A stretch of DNA of 55,118 nucleotides, from IMG/VR virus record IMGVR_UViG_3300018080_000025, positions 1-55,118 of that record. One strand, given 5' to 3'. The notes beneath the pieces were generated by a model. The model was given only the letters and a program-made list of their open reading frames with translations. It was not told where the DNA came from and made no database searches. Source of the DNA: a virus. Taxonomy: Duplodnaviria; Caudoviricetes. Shown piece by piece: positions 47,020-55,118 of this stretch. The stretch's first letter is position 1, and each line of letters begins with the position of its first letter. The position numbers and the translations under genes are program-made.

Positions 47020-48219
47020 ATGCCAATCGTACCCGTAAGCGTGGCCGCCGCGCCAATGGATGTGCGGCCCTATCTGATGGCCAAGCAGGCGCGCGCCCGG
47101 CAACCGGACAATTCGTTTCTCGCCGAGATCCTGCGCGACAAGGATGATGATCCGATGCTGATGGCGATGCTACAGCTTCTCATCGCCCAGATGAATCAGC
47201 AGGGCAACTACGATCTGGCGATGGCCCTGGAGAAGTCTCGGACCAAAGAGTCGGAGCTGGATCGGGCGCTGCGACGGGAAGAGAACCTGGCCACGAGGGA
47301 GACGATCAAAGACCAGCTTGCCAATGCGCTTGAAACCGTTCGGATGCAGGTTGAACCTCAGAACCGACAGATCGACTTATTGACCGCACAAATCAACGAA
47401 CTCCAGACAGAACGCGATCGAATGCGCCGAGAACAAGCTACCATCGACGCCCTGACCGGGCGCGAGCGTGACGTGACCGCAGAGGCGACACAAGAGGCGG
47501 AGCGGGCGACCCAGAAAGAGGAAATCGAGGCGACCAAAGCGGCGAGTGTCGCAGCCAGAACCATTGTTCCCAAGTTCCAAGAATTGGTAAACCTGATCTC
47601 TCCAGAGAACATAAAGAATGAGGCGACGATACCGTCGGATCGCACTCGGAAGCTGCTCGAAAAGGCGCCAGAGGCAATCAGGGCGTACAACGAGGCGATC
47701 CTGGATGCGACACCAGATGAGCGGCATTACCTTTCGCAGACACTTCGGCCGTATGTTGAGCGGGTCGCCAATGGGCTGTCCTCTAAAAACATTACCGCAA
47801 TCACGAATCTGGAGTCTGGGAGCGCAAGAGCAATGGCGGACTGGTTCAAATCGGCCTGGACCGGTGAGCCACCCTACGAAGATCTGAAAGGCACTGTGCT
47901 CGGCCAGTTCAACCAAACATTGTCAACAATGGACCGCCTGATCCAGCCGGCGCGCGGGCAAGAGAAAGCCTTGGAGCTTCAACAGGAAATGCAACAGCGG
48001 GTTGAACCGCTCATCAAGATGCGTCGCGGCGTGCAAGAGGAGTGGTATCGCGATTTGCTTGATCCTGAAATCTTCAAGATGGTGTATCCTAGCGCCGGCG
48101 CAGGGCCGGCGACGCGCCCGGCAAGTCAGCCCGTAACCGTCGATGGCGTCCAGAGCCAGGCTGTAGACGAGGATCAGCTGAACGCTGAACTGGAAATGCT
48201 GTTGGGAAGGGGCTGGTGA
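47020..48219 (+). CDS. Putative internal virion / ejection protein
   Basis: Coiled-coil 399 aa; GAGGAGG RBS. Confidence 0.6.
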   Translation: MPIVPVSVAAAPMDVRPYLMAKQARARQPDNSFLAEILRDKDDDPMLMAMLQLLIAQMNQQGNYDLAMALEKSRTKESELDRALRREENLATRETIKDQLANALETVRMQVEPQNRQIDLLTAQINELQTERDRMRREQATIDALTGRERDVTAEATQEAERATQKEEIEATKAASVAARTIVPKFQELVNLISPENIKNEATIPSDRTRKLLEKAPEAIRAYNEAILDATPDERHYLSQTLRPYVERVANGLSSKNITAITNLESGSARAMADWFKSAWTGEPPYEDLKGTVLGQFNQTLSTMDRLIQPARGQEKALELQQEMQQRVEPLIKMRRGVQEEWYRDLLDPEIFKMVYPSAGAGPATRPASQPVTVDGVQSQAVDEDQLNAELEMLLGRGW

Positions 48220-48220
48220 G

Positions 48221-48709
48221 ATGCCCATTGCAATCGGAAAGCTGATTCTGGAGCTGCTGGCCGGTCAACTGGCTGCGACGGCCGGCACGAAGGTTGTCAC
48301 CCGTTTAGTCGGGCCGGCATTCGCTCGCCAGGCCGCAACGAAAGCGGCGTCAACGGGTGTCGGCAAAGCCCTGAATCGCCTTCTCAGCTCGGCCCGGCAC
48401 GGCGCTGCGCCAACGGCACTCCAGAAGTACATTCCGTCAGCCCGTGGCCTGTTTCAGGGGGCTTTGGGTACTGCCGGGTCGCTTGGGCACATGGGCGCCA
48501 TGATAGGCGGGATGGAACTGGCCCGCGGCGCCCTCGAAGGTGAACAGCACCCCGAAGCAAATATCTGGGATTGGACGGCGCTGCACGGGCTTCCGACAGA
48601 CATGATCGACCAGCGGGCACAGATGCAGGACTACATCGACGAGCGGGCGGTCGCCAAGGCCCTTGAATCCCTGCTCCAGTCACAGCAGCCGGCGAGGAGG
48701 ATCATTTGA
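48221..48709 (+). CDS. Putative internal virion protein
   Basis: Ala/Gly-rich helical; ends ARRII, similar to VRRMI of 49289-50266. Confidence 0.55.
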   Translation: MPIAIGKLILELLAGQLAATAGTKVVTRLVGPAFARQAATKAASTGVGKALNRLLSSARHGAAPTALQKYIPSARGLFQGALGTAGSLGHMGAMIGGMELARGALEGEQHPEANIWDWTALHGLPTDMIDQRAQMQDYIDERAVAKALESLLQSQQPARRII

Positions 48710-49284
48710 TGGCCCTGAGCATCGGAAAAGATACGCTCTATGGCGTGAATACAGGAAAGACGCCCTGGGACGAAGATGACCAGGCGATATCGGATCTCCT
48801 TGGCGCCCTGGGAACAGTCCAGAATCAGTGGCTTGGGCGAAAAGATCCGACTCGCAAAGAGCCCAAAGAGGCCACCGGGTACGACATCTATCCCAATGCC
48901 GACCCGAACGCGGCGCCGATCGGAATCTGGTATCCCAATCCGAACGCAATGCAGGATGAACAGTCGATCTTCCTTGGGACTGGATACCGTTGGGCCGAGC
49001 CGGCGCAGGCTGGTTCGGCCGGCGGGTACGGCGCGGGCACGGCAGCCACGCCAACGGCGAGTACCGGAGCCGGAGAAGCCGACATCCAGCGGATCGTCGA
49101 ACAAGTGCTGGAAGGCATGGGATACGGCCCTGGCGGCGGGTACGACTACAGCTATTTGGGCGGGACTGATCTGTTCGGCGCCCTGATGCAGATGTTTGCA
49201 CAGAACAACATGCTGGACTGGCTCGGTCTGGCGGGAAATCAGTGGCCCCTGGGCGCCTATTACGGCAACGCCGCTTTGAGGTGA
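48709..49284 (+). CDS. Hypothetical virion-associated protein
   Basis: GAGGAGG RBS; coupled. Confidence 0.55.
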   Translation: MALSIGKDTLYGVNTGKTPWDEDDQAISDLLGALGTVQNQWLGRKDPTRKEPKEATGYDIYPNADPNAAPIGIWYPNPNAMQDEQSIFLGTGYRWAEPAQAGSAGGYGAGTAATPTASTGAGEADIQRIVEQVLEGMGYGPGGGYDYSYLGGTDLFGALMQMFAQNNMLDWLGLAGNQWPLGAYYGNAALR

Positions 49285-49288
49285 CATC

Positions 49289-50266
49289 ATGGCTCAATCC
49301 ATCGAAGAGGTCCTTGCGGCGATCCGGGCACTATCTGGAACGAGCGCCGAGGTCGAGATGCCGGCTCAGCTCATGCGGGCCGCCGGCGAAGCGGCGATCA
49401 TGGATGCCCGGCTGGCCCGCGACCGCGCCCAGGCGATGCAGAGGCTTCAACTGGAGGCCGCCCGCCGGCGCATGCTGGAGGAACAGGCCAAACGCCTCGT
49501 CGGAACCGGCATGAGGGAAGGTCGCCTGAACTCCGTCACACAAGCCATCCTCAATCGCCTGGAGGATAAGGAGTTTGAGCCCGTTTCGGGCAAGGCCAGG
49601 GCGGCGGCACTTCGGCAGCGCCTCGAAGCGGCGGCGGAAACTGCGGCCGTGGCAACCCTGGCCCGCGAACAGCCGAGATGGCGTTCGGCCGGGATCAAGA
49701 TGCCGGAAAACATGCTCGACGAACTGAAGCAGCGCTACCATGAGGGCGGCAACATCGAGCAATGGGCCTCGAACCGCAGAGCCGAAGCGTATCAGCGGCA
49801 GCGGCAGGCCGCCAAGCTCGGAAAGGCGGCCAGACGCCTGGAAACACGGTATGGGGCGACTCCCATGGAAGCGGCCGGGATGGCCAAGCAGGTCGAGGCG
49901 GGCGAGCCGATGGGCTCCGCCTTCCAGCGCGTGCTCAAGGGCGTGGAAGAACGCAAGGCGGGCGAGGCGGCAGCCAAATCGGCCGCTTCTCGATCCAAGC
50001 TGAAATGGGGCGGTATCGGAGGCGTGGCGCTGGCCGCCCTGCTTCTGCCGAAAATCCTCGGCGGCAAAAAACAGGAAACCGCGGTTCCGCCGGAATACCA
50101 GATGATGATGCTCCAGCAGATGATGGGACGCGGCACGAAACCACAGGACGCATCCATCGGAACCGGCCGGGAGCTTCTGAATATGAGCCGGGCGCTGGGC
50201 ATCATCAAGATGCTCCAGGACCTCCAGCAGACCCAGGCTCAGCCTGATGTGCGGAGAATGATCTAG
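49289..50266 (+). CDS. Putative ejection protein with a hydrophobic segment
   Basis: Helical; WGGIGGVALAALLLPKIL. Confidence 0.6.
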   Translation: MAQSIEEVLAAIRALSGTSAEVEMPAQLMRAAGEAAIMDARLARDRAQAMQRLQLEAARRRMLEEQAKRLVGTGMREGRLNSVTQAILNRLEDKEFEPVSGKARAAALRQRLEAAAETAAVATLAREQPRWRSAGIKMPENMLDELKQRYHEGGNIEQWASNRRAEAYQRQRQAAKLGKAARRLETRYGATPMEAAGMAKQVEAGEPMGSAFQRVLKGVEERKAGEAAAKSAASRSKLKWGGIGGVALAALLLPKILGGKKQETAVPPEYQMMMLQQMMGRGTKPQDASIGTGRELLNMSRALGIIKMLQDLQQTQAQPDVRRMI

Positions 50267-53218
50267 GTGCCAACGCTCGAACAACAGTTTCACGATTCCA
50301 TGGCAGCCATCGGGACGGCCGATGTGGACCTGCTCTCGAAGGTGCTGACCGATCCAGCCGCGGTCACGGTCGAGGAACAAAGCTCGGCTGCCGACAAACT
50401 CGGCCTGAAGAATCCGTTCGCCCGCTTCGTGGTCAACACCGTAACCGATCCGGTTGTCTGGATCGCGATGCTGATGGACAAGAGATTCCCGCCGATCACT
50501 TGGCTGCGCGGACAGATCCCCAAGCGATTCGTTGCTGATGCGAACGAATGGACCGGTGTTGGCTTTTTCACACGCCCGGTCGAGACGTATTTCCGCGGCA
50601 CGCCGATTCCTCGCCTGGTCGCGATCCAACAGATGCGGGAGGCCAAGGTTCGGGAAATCGGAAGCAAGATGCTGGAGGTCATGCGCCGGCCGAAATGGGC
50701 GGAAGAGATGCCGATCGTTTCGATGCTCATGGAGGGCGAGATGGTCGCCGGAGCCACACCGGAGCTTCACGTCGTGGCCAAACAGCTCCGGGGCAATATG
50801 GATGACATCTGGAATCTGCTCAAAAACACGCGGAAGATCCGGGGCGGGTTTGATGGGACCGAAATCACGGAAGCGCGGCTCGAACCCTGGGGCCGGCAGG
50901 AAGCACCGAAATATCTGCGGGACTACCTTCCCCATATCCCGCTCCTGGGCGACGAAAGCATTGTCCGCATGGACCCAGAGGAAGCCATCGGGCGCATGGG
51001 TCTCGGGCGGGTTCGCCAAGTGCTTGAAGCGGCCGGCGAGAATCCCGGCCACGTCTGGACTGTGGACGCCGCTAATCGCCTGTCCAGTAACTATGCCCGA
51101 TACCAGAGCTTCCTCAACCGAACGCAAGGGCAAATCTTCAACCAGCACCTCTTCCGTCGGCAGCGGTTCGGTATTCCATTGCATTCGCTCCAGGGCCAGG
51201 AACTCTGGATCACGGATCTCAATGTCGCCCTCCAGAAGTACGTCCAGTCGGCGGCCCGCACCTATGCCTTGAACACGCCGTTGACCGCCCACGAGCGGGC
51301 ACTGGCCACTGTCTACCGCCCCGACGGTCCGCCCATTGTGCCGACGGATGAGCCGATCATCGTGCAGGTGATGAACCAAGGGCTCCGGGCGATTGGCGGA
51401 AAGGTCTCAGAACGGCCCGTAGCCGGCACGAACATCATCGAGCGGCGATTGGTCCCGAACAGCGCGAACCCCTTCGGGCTGACCGCCCTGCGCAACCTCG
51501 TCCGCAACATGCGGGGCGATATGGATACCGGCGAAATCCTCGTCAACAACCTCTTTTCGGCGGTCGGCGCGAAGTTTGACGCTGCCACCGCGAACGTGCG
51601 CGGACGGGACAAGGCAGCGGTCGATTACGCCCTGAACACGATGCGGCGGGATCGGCAGTGGCGAAGCATCATCAACGGCACGACGAGTTACTTCTATGCC
51701 TCGACACTCGGGCTCAATCCATGGTCGGCAATCCAGAACGTGCTCCAGCCGGCTTTGACAACCGCGCCGGCCCTCGGGGTCGGGCCGACGCTGGCCGGCG
51801 CCAGGGAGATGCTGAGCCGGATGCCGCGGTATAGCCGGGAAGTCGGAAACCAATATCGCCTCCTGTCGGGATCCGCCATCGGCGAGCGCTTGACCCGCCC
51901 GGAGCGATTCTTTCACAATATGAACGAGGCCGCCCAGCGGGCCTTCAACACGACATTCCCCGAACTCGCGGAGTCGGGCCTGAAACTCGATCCCCGGCTG
52001 TTTGACATCAACCCGAATACCACGATGGCATGGGGACCACGGGCAACCCGGGGATTCCGGAGCTATGACGACTTCGCCCGGTGGTTGCTCCAGCCGTTCA
52101 CGCACGCCGAGTTGGCCAACCAAGCCACGACTTTCTTCGCCAGCCGCCATGCCCTCAAGAATGCCATGCGCCGGGGCGAGTACCAGGTCCCGCTCAGCGT
52201 CGAGGGCAGACCCCTTGTCGGCCAAGAGCTTGAGGAATGGCTAAACTTTGAATCGAGCCGCATCGTCAATGCGACGCAATTCCGGCCTGGCCCGGGCGCC
52301 CGGTCGAGTTTCCAGAGCGTACTACCCGCGCCCTTGCGGATGTTCACGAGTTTCCCGACCCGGGCCCTGTCATTCATGGCCGAAAGCACTGTTCGTGGCG
52401 CCATGACGCAGGAACAACTTGCCGGCGCAAACATCCTCGAGCGCATGACGGGCGGCCGGAACTGGGGCACCGTGGCCCGGATGATCCTATACGGGAAACT
52501 ATTGACCAATGGGGCCAAGGAGGCTCTCGGGCTGGATCTCGGCCATGCGGTCGGTTTGACCGCTCCTTTCACATTCACGCCGCAGGGACAGTACCTTTCG
52601 CCCCTTCCGGTCAGCCCCGTCGCCGGGGCGGTCATCGGAAGCATCTCCGCCGCCGCCAGCCGCGATATCAAGACGATGAAGCCCATGTACCTGCCCGGCG
52701 TCGGGGCGATTCCCATCCCGAAGACGTTGCTGCCCGGAGGTGTCGCCATCACGCGGGCAGTGAAGGCGGTCCAACAGTGGCGGCCGGATGTGGGCGGCTT
52801 CGTCGATGACGACGAACGCCTCATGTACCGGGGCAACTCGACCGACCTGATTCTCGCCATGCTCGGGATCCCGACGGAGAAATCCAGGAGGACCCGCGAA
52901 TACATGGAGCGCATCCATGACGTTCGGATGCGGGTCCGCGATTTTCGCCGCCGCTATGCGCAGGCATACACGAATTTGGACTTCGAGACGATGGGCTCGC
53001 TCAGGTCGAAATGGAAAGAGTCGTTCCCGGATTGGCCGGCGCTGAGCGTTTCTCCACAGGATGTCAGGCGATACCAGCGTGCTGGAAGAATCCCCATGAT
53101 CCAGCGTATGCTGAAAACGATGGGCGACTCAGGTCGTTATCTGGAAAGCGAAATCTATGAGGCCGATCCGGAGATTCTGGCCCCCCAGATGCCGGTCGGG
53201 TTTTTGCAGGCAGGGTAA
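50267..53218 (+). CDS. Large putative DNA ejection / internal core protein
   Basis: 983 aa helical; STLGLNPWSAIQNVLQ and RMFTSFP segments typical of podophage large internal proteins. Confidence 0.6.
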   Translation: MPTLEQQFHDSMAAIGTADVDLLSKVLTDPAAVTVEEQSSAADKLGLKNPFARFVVNTVTDPVVWIAMLMDKRFPPITWLRGQIPKRFVADANEWTGVGFFTRPVETYFRGTPIPRLVAIQQMREAKVREIGSKMLEVMRRPKWAEEMPIVSMLMEGEMVAGATPELHVVAKQLRGNMDDIWNLLKNTRKIRGGFDGTEITEARLEPWGRQEAPKYLRDYLPHIPLLGDESIVRMDPEEAIGRMGLGRVRQVLEAAGENPGHVWTVDAANRLSSNYARYQSFLNRTQGQIFNQHLFRRQRFGIPLHSLQGQELWITDLNVALQKYVQSAARTYALNTPLTAHERALATVYRPDGPPIVPTDEPIIVQVMNQGLRAIGGKVSERPVAGTNIIERRLVPNSANPFGLTALRNLVRNMRGDMDTGEILVNNLFSAVGAKFDAATANVRGRDKAAVDYALNTMRRDRQWRSIINGTTSYFYASTLGLNPWSAIQNVLQPALTTAPALGVGPTLAGAREMLSRMPRYSREVGNQYRLLSGSAIGERLTRPERFFHNMNEAAQRAFNTTFPELAESGLKLDPRLFDINPNTTMAWGPRATRGFRSYDDFARWLLQPFTHAELANQATTFFASRHALKNAMRRGEYQVPLSVEGRPLVGQELEEWLNFESSRIVNATQFRPGPGARSSFQSVLPAPLRMFTSFPTRALSFMAESTVRGAMTQEQLAGANILERMTGGRNWGTVARMILYGKLLTNGAKEALGLDLGHAVGLTAPFTFTPQGQYLSPLPVSPVAGAVIGSISAAASRDIKTMKPMYLPGVGAIPIPKTLLPGGVAITRAVKAVQQWRPDVGGFVDDDERLMYRGNSTDLILAMLGIPTEKSRRTREYMERIHDVRMRVRDFRRRYAQAYTNLDFETMGSLRSKWKESFPDWPALSVSPQDVRRYQRAGRIPMIQRMLKTMGDSGRYLESEIYEADPEILAPQMPVGFLQAG

Positions 53219-53221
53219 AGC

Positions 53222-53521
53222 ATGACGCGCCAGATCATTCAATTGCGGGAGCACCAGCCGGTCGTGCTGGAGACGCCGGAGGGCATGGTTCTGGTCCGCC
53301 TGGATCGGCGCCGGCGTATCGTCATGGAATTGCCCGGCAAGATGCAGGCACACCGGAGCATGGAGCGGGCCATCAAGAGCGCCCGATTTGTGGATGAGGG
53401 TGGTTGCCCGACTTACGAAGTTCTCGTTCCGACGACGGACGACCAAGGCAGATTACAGGGCGTCGAGACCCCGACGCCGCTGACGGTCACTGGCGAAGGA
53501 GACAGCGGACATGGCGACTGA
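53222..53521 (+). CDS. Hypothetical protein
   Basis: Coupled ORF. Confidence 0.5.
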   Translation: MTRQIIQLREHQPVVLETPEGMVLVRLDRRRRIVMELPGKMQAHRSMERAIKSARFVDEGGCPTYEVLVPTTDDQGRLQGVETPTPLTVTGEGDSGHGD

Positions 53522-53852
53522 CATCAGCCAAAGCAGCGAAGCCGCGATCATCGAGGCTGACACCACACAGGATTCGGTCACGCTGCACAAGGATCGGACC
53601 TACACGATTGTTCATACGGGACTGAACGCCAGTGGCGGGGCCGACGCCAACACGATCTGGTTCGCCCAGGGCGACGTGACGGCAAGTTGGGCGGTCGGGA
53701 CAGATAAACTGCCGGTGCAGGACGGACAAAGTGTCGTCGTCGGCCCTGCGTTGGCGACTCTCAACTTCAAGACGGCAGCCGGTTCGCCGGTTTTCAGCAT
53801 CATTCCTGGCGTCTATGAGCGCGGGGCCGGCTACGGGACGCGCGAACCGTAA
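53511..53852 (+). CDS. Putative small structural protein
   Basis: AAGGAG RBS; beta-rich. Confidence 0.55.
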   Translation: MATDISQSSEAAIIEADTTQDSVTLHKDRTYTIVHTGLNASGGADANTIWFAQGDVTASWAVGTDKLPVQDGQSVVVGPALATLNFKTAAGSPVFSIIPGVYERGAGYGTREP

Positions 53853-53863
53853 GGAGCTACACC

Positions 53864-55084
53864 ATGGGTATCTTGCGCTCAAGTGAAATCGTAGACCGGA
53901 TTCCCGTGAATCCCGGGGACCGCTTGATCAGTATGCCCGCGTCGTCCAAGGGGAACACGGTGGCAGTGTCGAGCTATGACACCGGCGATGTGGGCCAGCT
54001 CTTTTCGCGGAATGGTGTGCGCACATTTCTCTTTGGTGGCCACACGCAACGCCTGAGGGCGTCCGGTTCGATCACCTCAATCACGATCTGGACGAACACG
54101 CTGACAAACATCACCTCGGTTGTCCTGCGTGTAATGAGGCGGAACACGGTAGATGATAATTGGGATCAGGTCCCAGTTGATTCAGCGAACATCCTCGGCT
54201 CGTTGACCGGTGGCGGCGCATGGGACACGATCCCCGTCGGCACGCTTTGGCCAGGCGGGAGTCCGGCTTGCCGGGCGGGGGATTGCATCGCGGTTGCCAT
54301 CACAGCCACCGACGCGGACGCCTGGATGAACTGCGCGCAGAATCTCGACGCCGAAGACCGCGACGTCCTGTACCACAACGGCGATATTGCCGGGGCCGAC
54401 CAGACATTCGGACTCCAAATGGGGACAGGAGGGTATAGCGCCTATTGCTACGTGAACATGGATTCTCCGATCCTGATGTTCGGAGGCGACAGTTTTATGG
54501 CCGGGGCGGCGGACTGCACCAGCCCGATCGAGGCGCTGGGGGACGGGCTGGACTGGAAGGATGTGGAGTTCGATGTGCCGACGTCGTATCACCTATCGCA
54601 GATTGATTCGACACTGTTCGGCAGTTACATGAACCACGCCGTTCGCGGTTCCACATCGACGACCTGGGCCAATGCGGCGAATTTCGCAACTTACGTCAGT
54701 GACTACACGCCCCGGGCTTGTGTGTTCTCGCTCGGCTACAACGATGTCATGGATAGTGCCTCATGGGCCACGTTCATCGGTAACATCGCGACGATCGTTC
54801 AGCGCTGTGCTCTGAATGAAATCGTGCCGATCTTCATAACCATCCTCCAGGCCCAATCGGGCACGGCCGCCCAACAGGCGACCATCGCCGAATGGAACCG
54901 TGGCCTGACAAGGTGGTGCGCCGAGCGCGGAATCCTGTGCCTGGACGCCTATTCAATCCTGGCACTCCAGGGCGCACCGGCAGGAAGAAACACGACGCTG
55001 TTCGGAAGTGAAACACATCCCAACAGCGCTGGTTACAAAGCCATCGCGACGGCGCTGGCAACACGAATCCAATCGCTGCAATGA
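53864..55084 (+). CDS. SGNH/GDSL hydrolase domain protein (tail-associated esterase candidate)
   Basis: GGDSF block I, AVRG, LGYND block III, ETHPN block V; N-terminal beta domain. Confidence 0.85.
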   Translation: MGILRSSEIVDRIPVNPGDRLISMPASSKGNTVAVSSYDTGDVGQLFSRNGVRTFLFGGHTQRLRASGSITSITIWTNTLTNITSVVLRVMRRNTVDDNWDQVPVDSANILGSLTGGGAWDTIPVGTLWPGGSPACRAGDCIAVAITATDADAWMNCAQNLDAEDRDVLYHNGDIAGADQTFGLQMGTGGYSAYCYVNMDSPILMFGGDSFMAGAADCTSPIEALGDGLDWKDVEFDVPTSYHLSQIDSTLFGSYMNHAVRGSTSTTWANAANFATYVSDYTPRACVFSLGYNDVMDSASWATFIGNIATIVQRCALNEIVPIFITILQAQSGTAAQQATIAEWNRGLTRWCAERGILCLDAYSILALQGAPAGRNTTLFGSETHPNSAGYKAIATALATRIQSLQ

Positions 55085-55118
55085 GGTGTTTGTATGTACC
55101 GCTCGGCAGCCCTCATTC
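54996..55118. repeat. Terminal direct repeat, right copy
   Basis: Identical to 1-123. Confidence 0.97.

Overview
This looks like a complete temperate phage genome of about 54,995 bp. Bases 1-123 are identical to 54996-55118, so the contig is circular or circularly permuted. It is GC-rich and has a podovirus-like structural gene set. Layout: (i) lysis-like membrane and lipoprotein genes at 99-1285; (ii) a divergent ribbon-helix-helix switch at 2613-3251; (iii) an early + strand operon with a solitary Cas7-like RAMP gene, YqaJ exonuclease plus annealing protein, a replication initiator with internal iterons, RuvC and many small accessory ORFs, ending in an excisionase; (iv) a tyrosine integrase and an attP carrying the 3' part of tRNA-Val(TAC) with four arm-type repeats, followed by a serine recombinase; (v) a - strand block with a clamp-loader-like ATPase and a MoxR-AAA/unknown/metallopeptidase-vWA triad; (vi) a 1.3 kb repeat-rich non-coding region with a parS-like palindrome; (vii) terminase, portal, scaffold, GroES, capsid, short-tail and ejection genes and an SGNH hydrolase. 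The standout is the RAMP gene (4206-4919). Its stop codon runs straight into a 155-nt array of 29 pentamers with an invariant G at position 2, punctuated by TGRYCGGCG anchors. This is a candidate phage RNA-guided system with a 5-nt-periodic, non-CRISPR guide. All protein assignments come from motif recognition by eye; no database searches were run.
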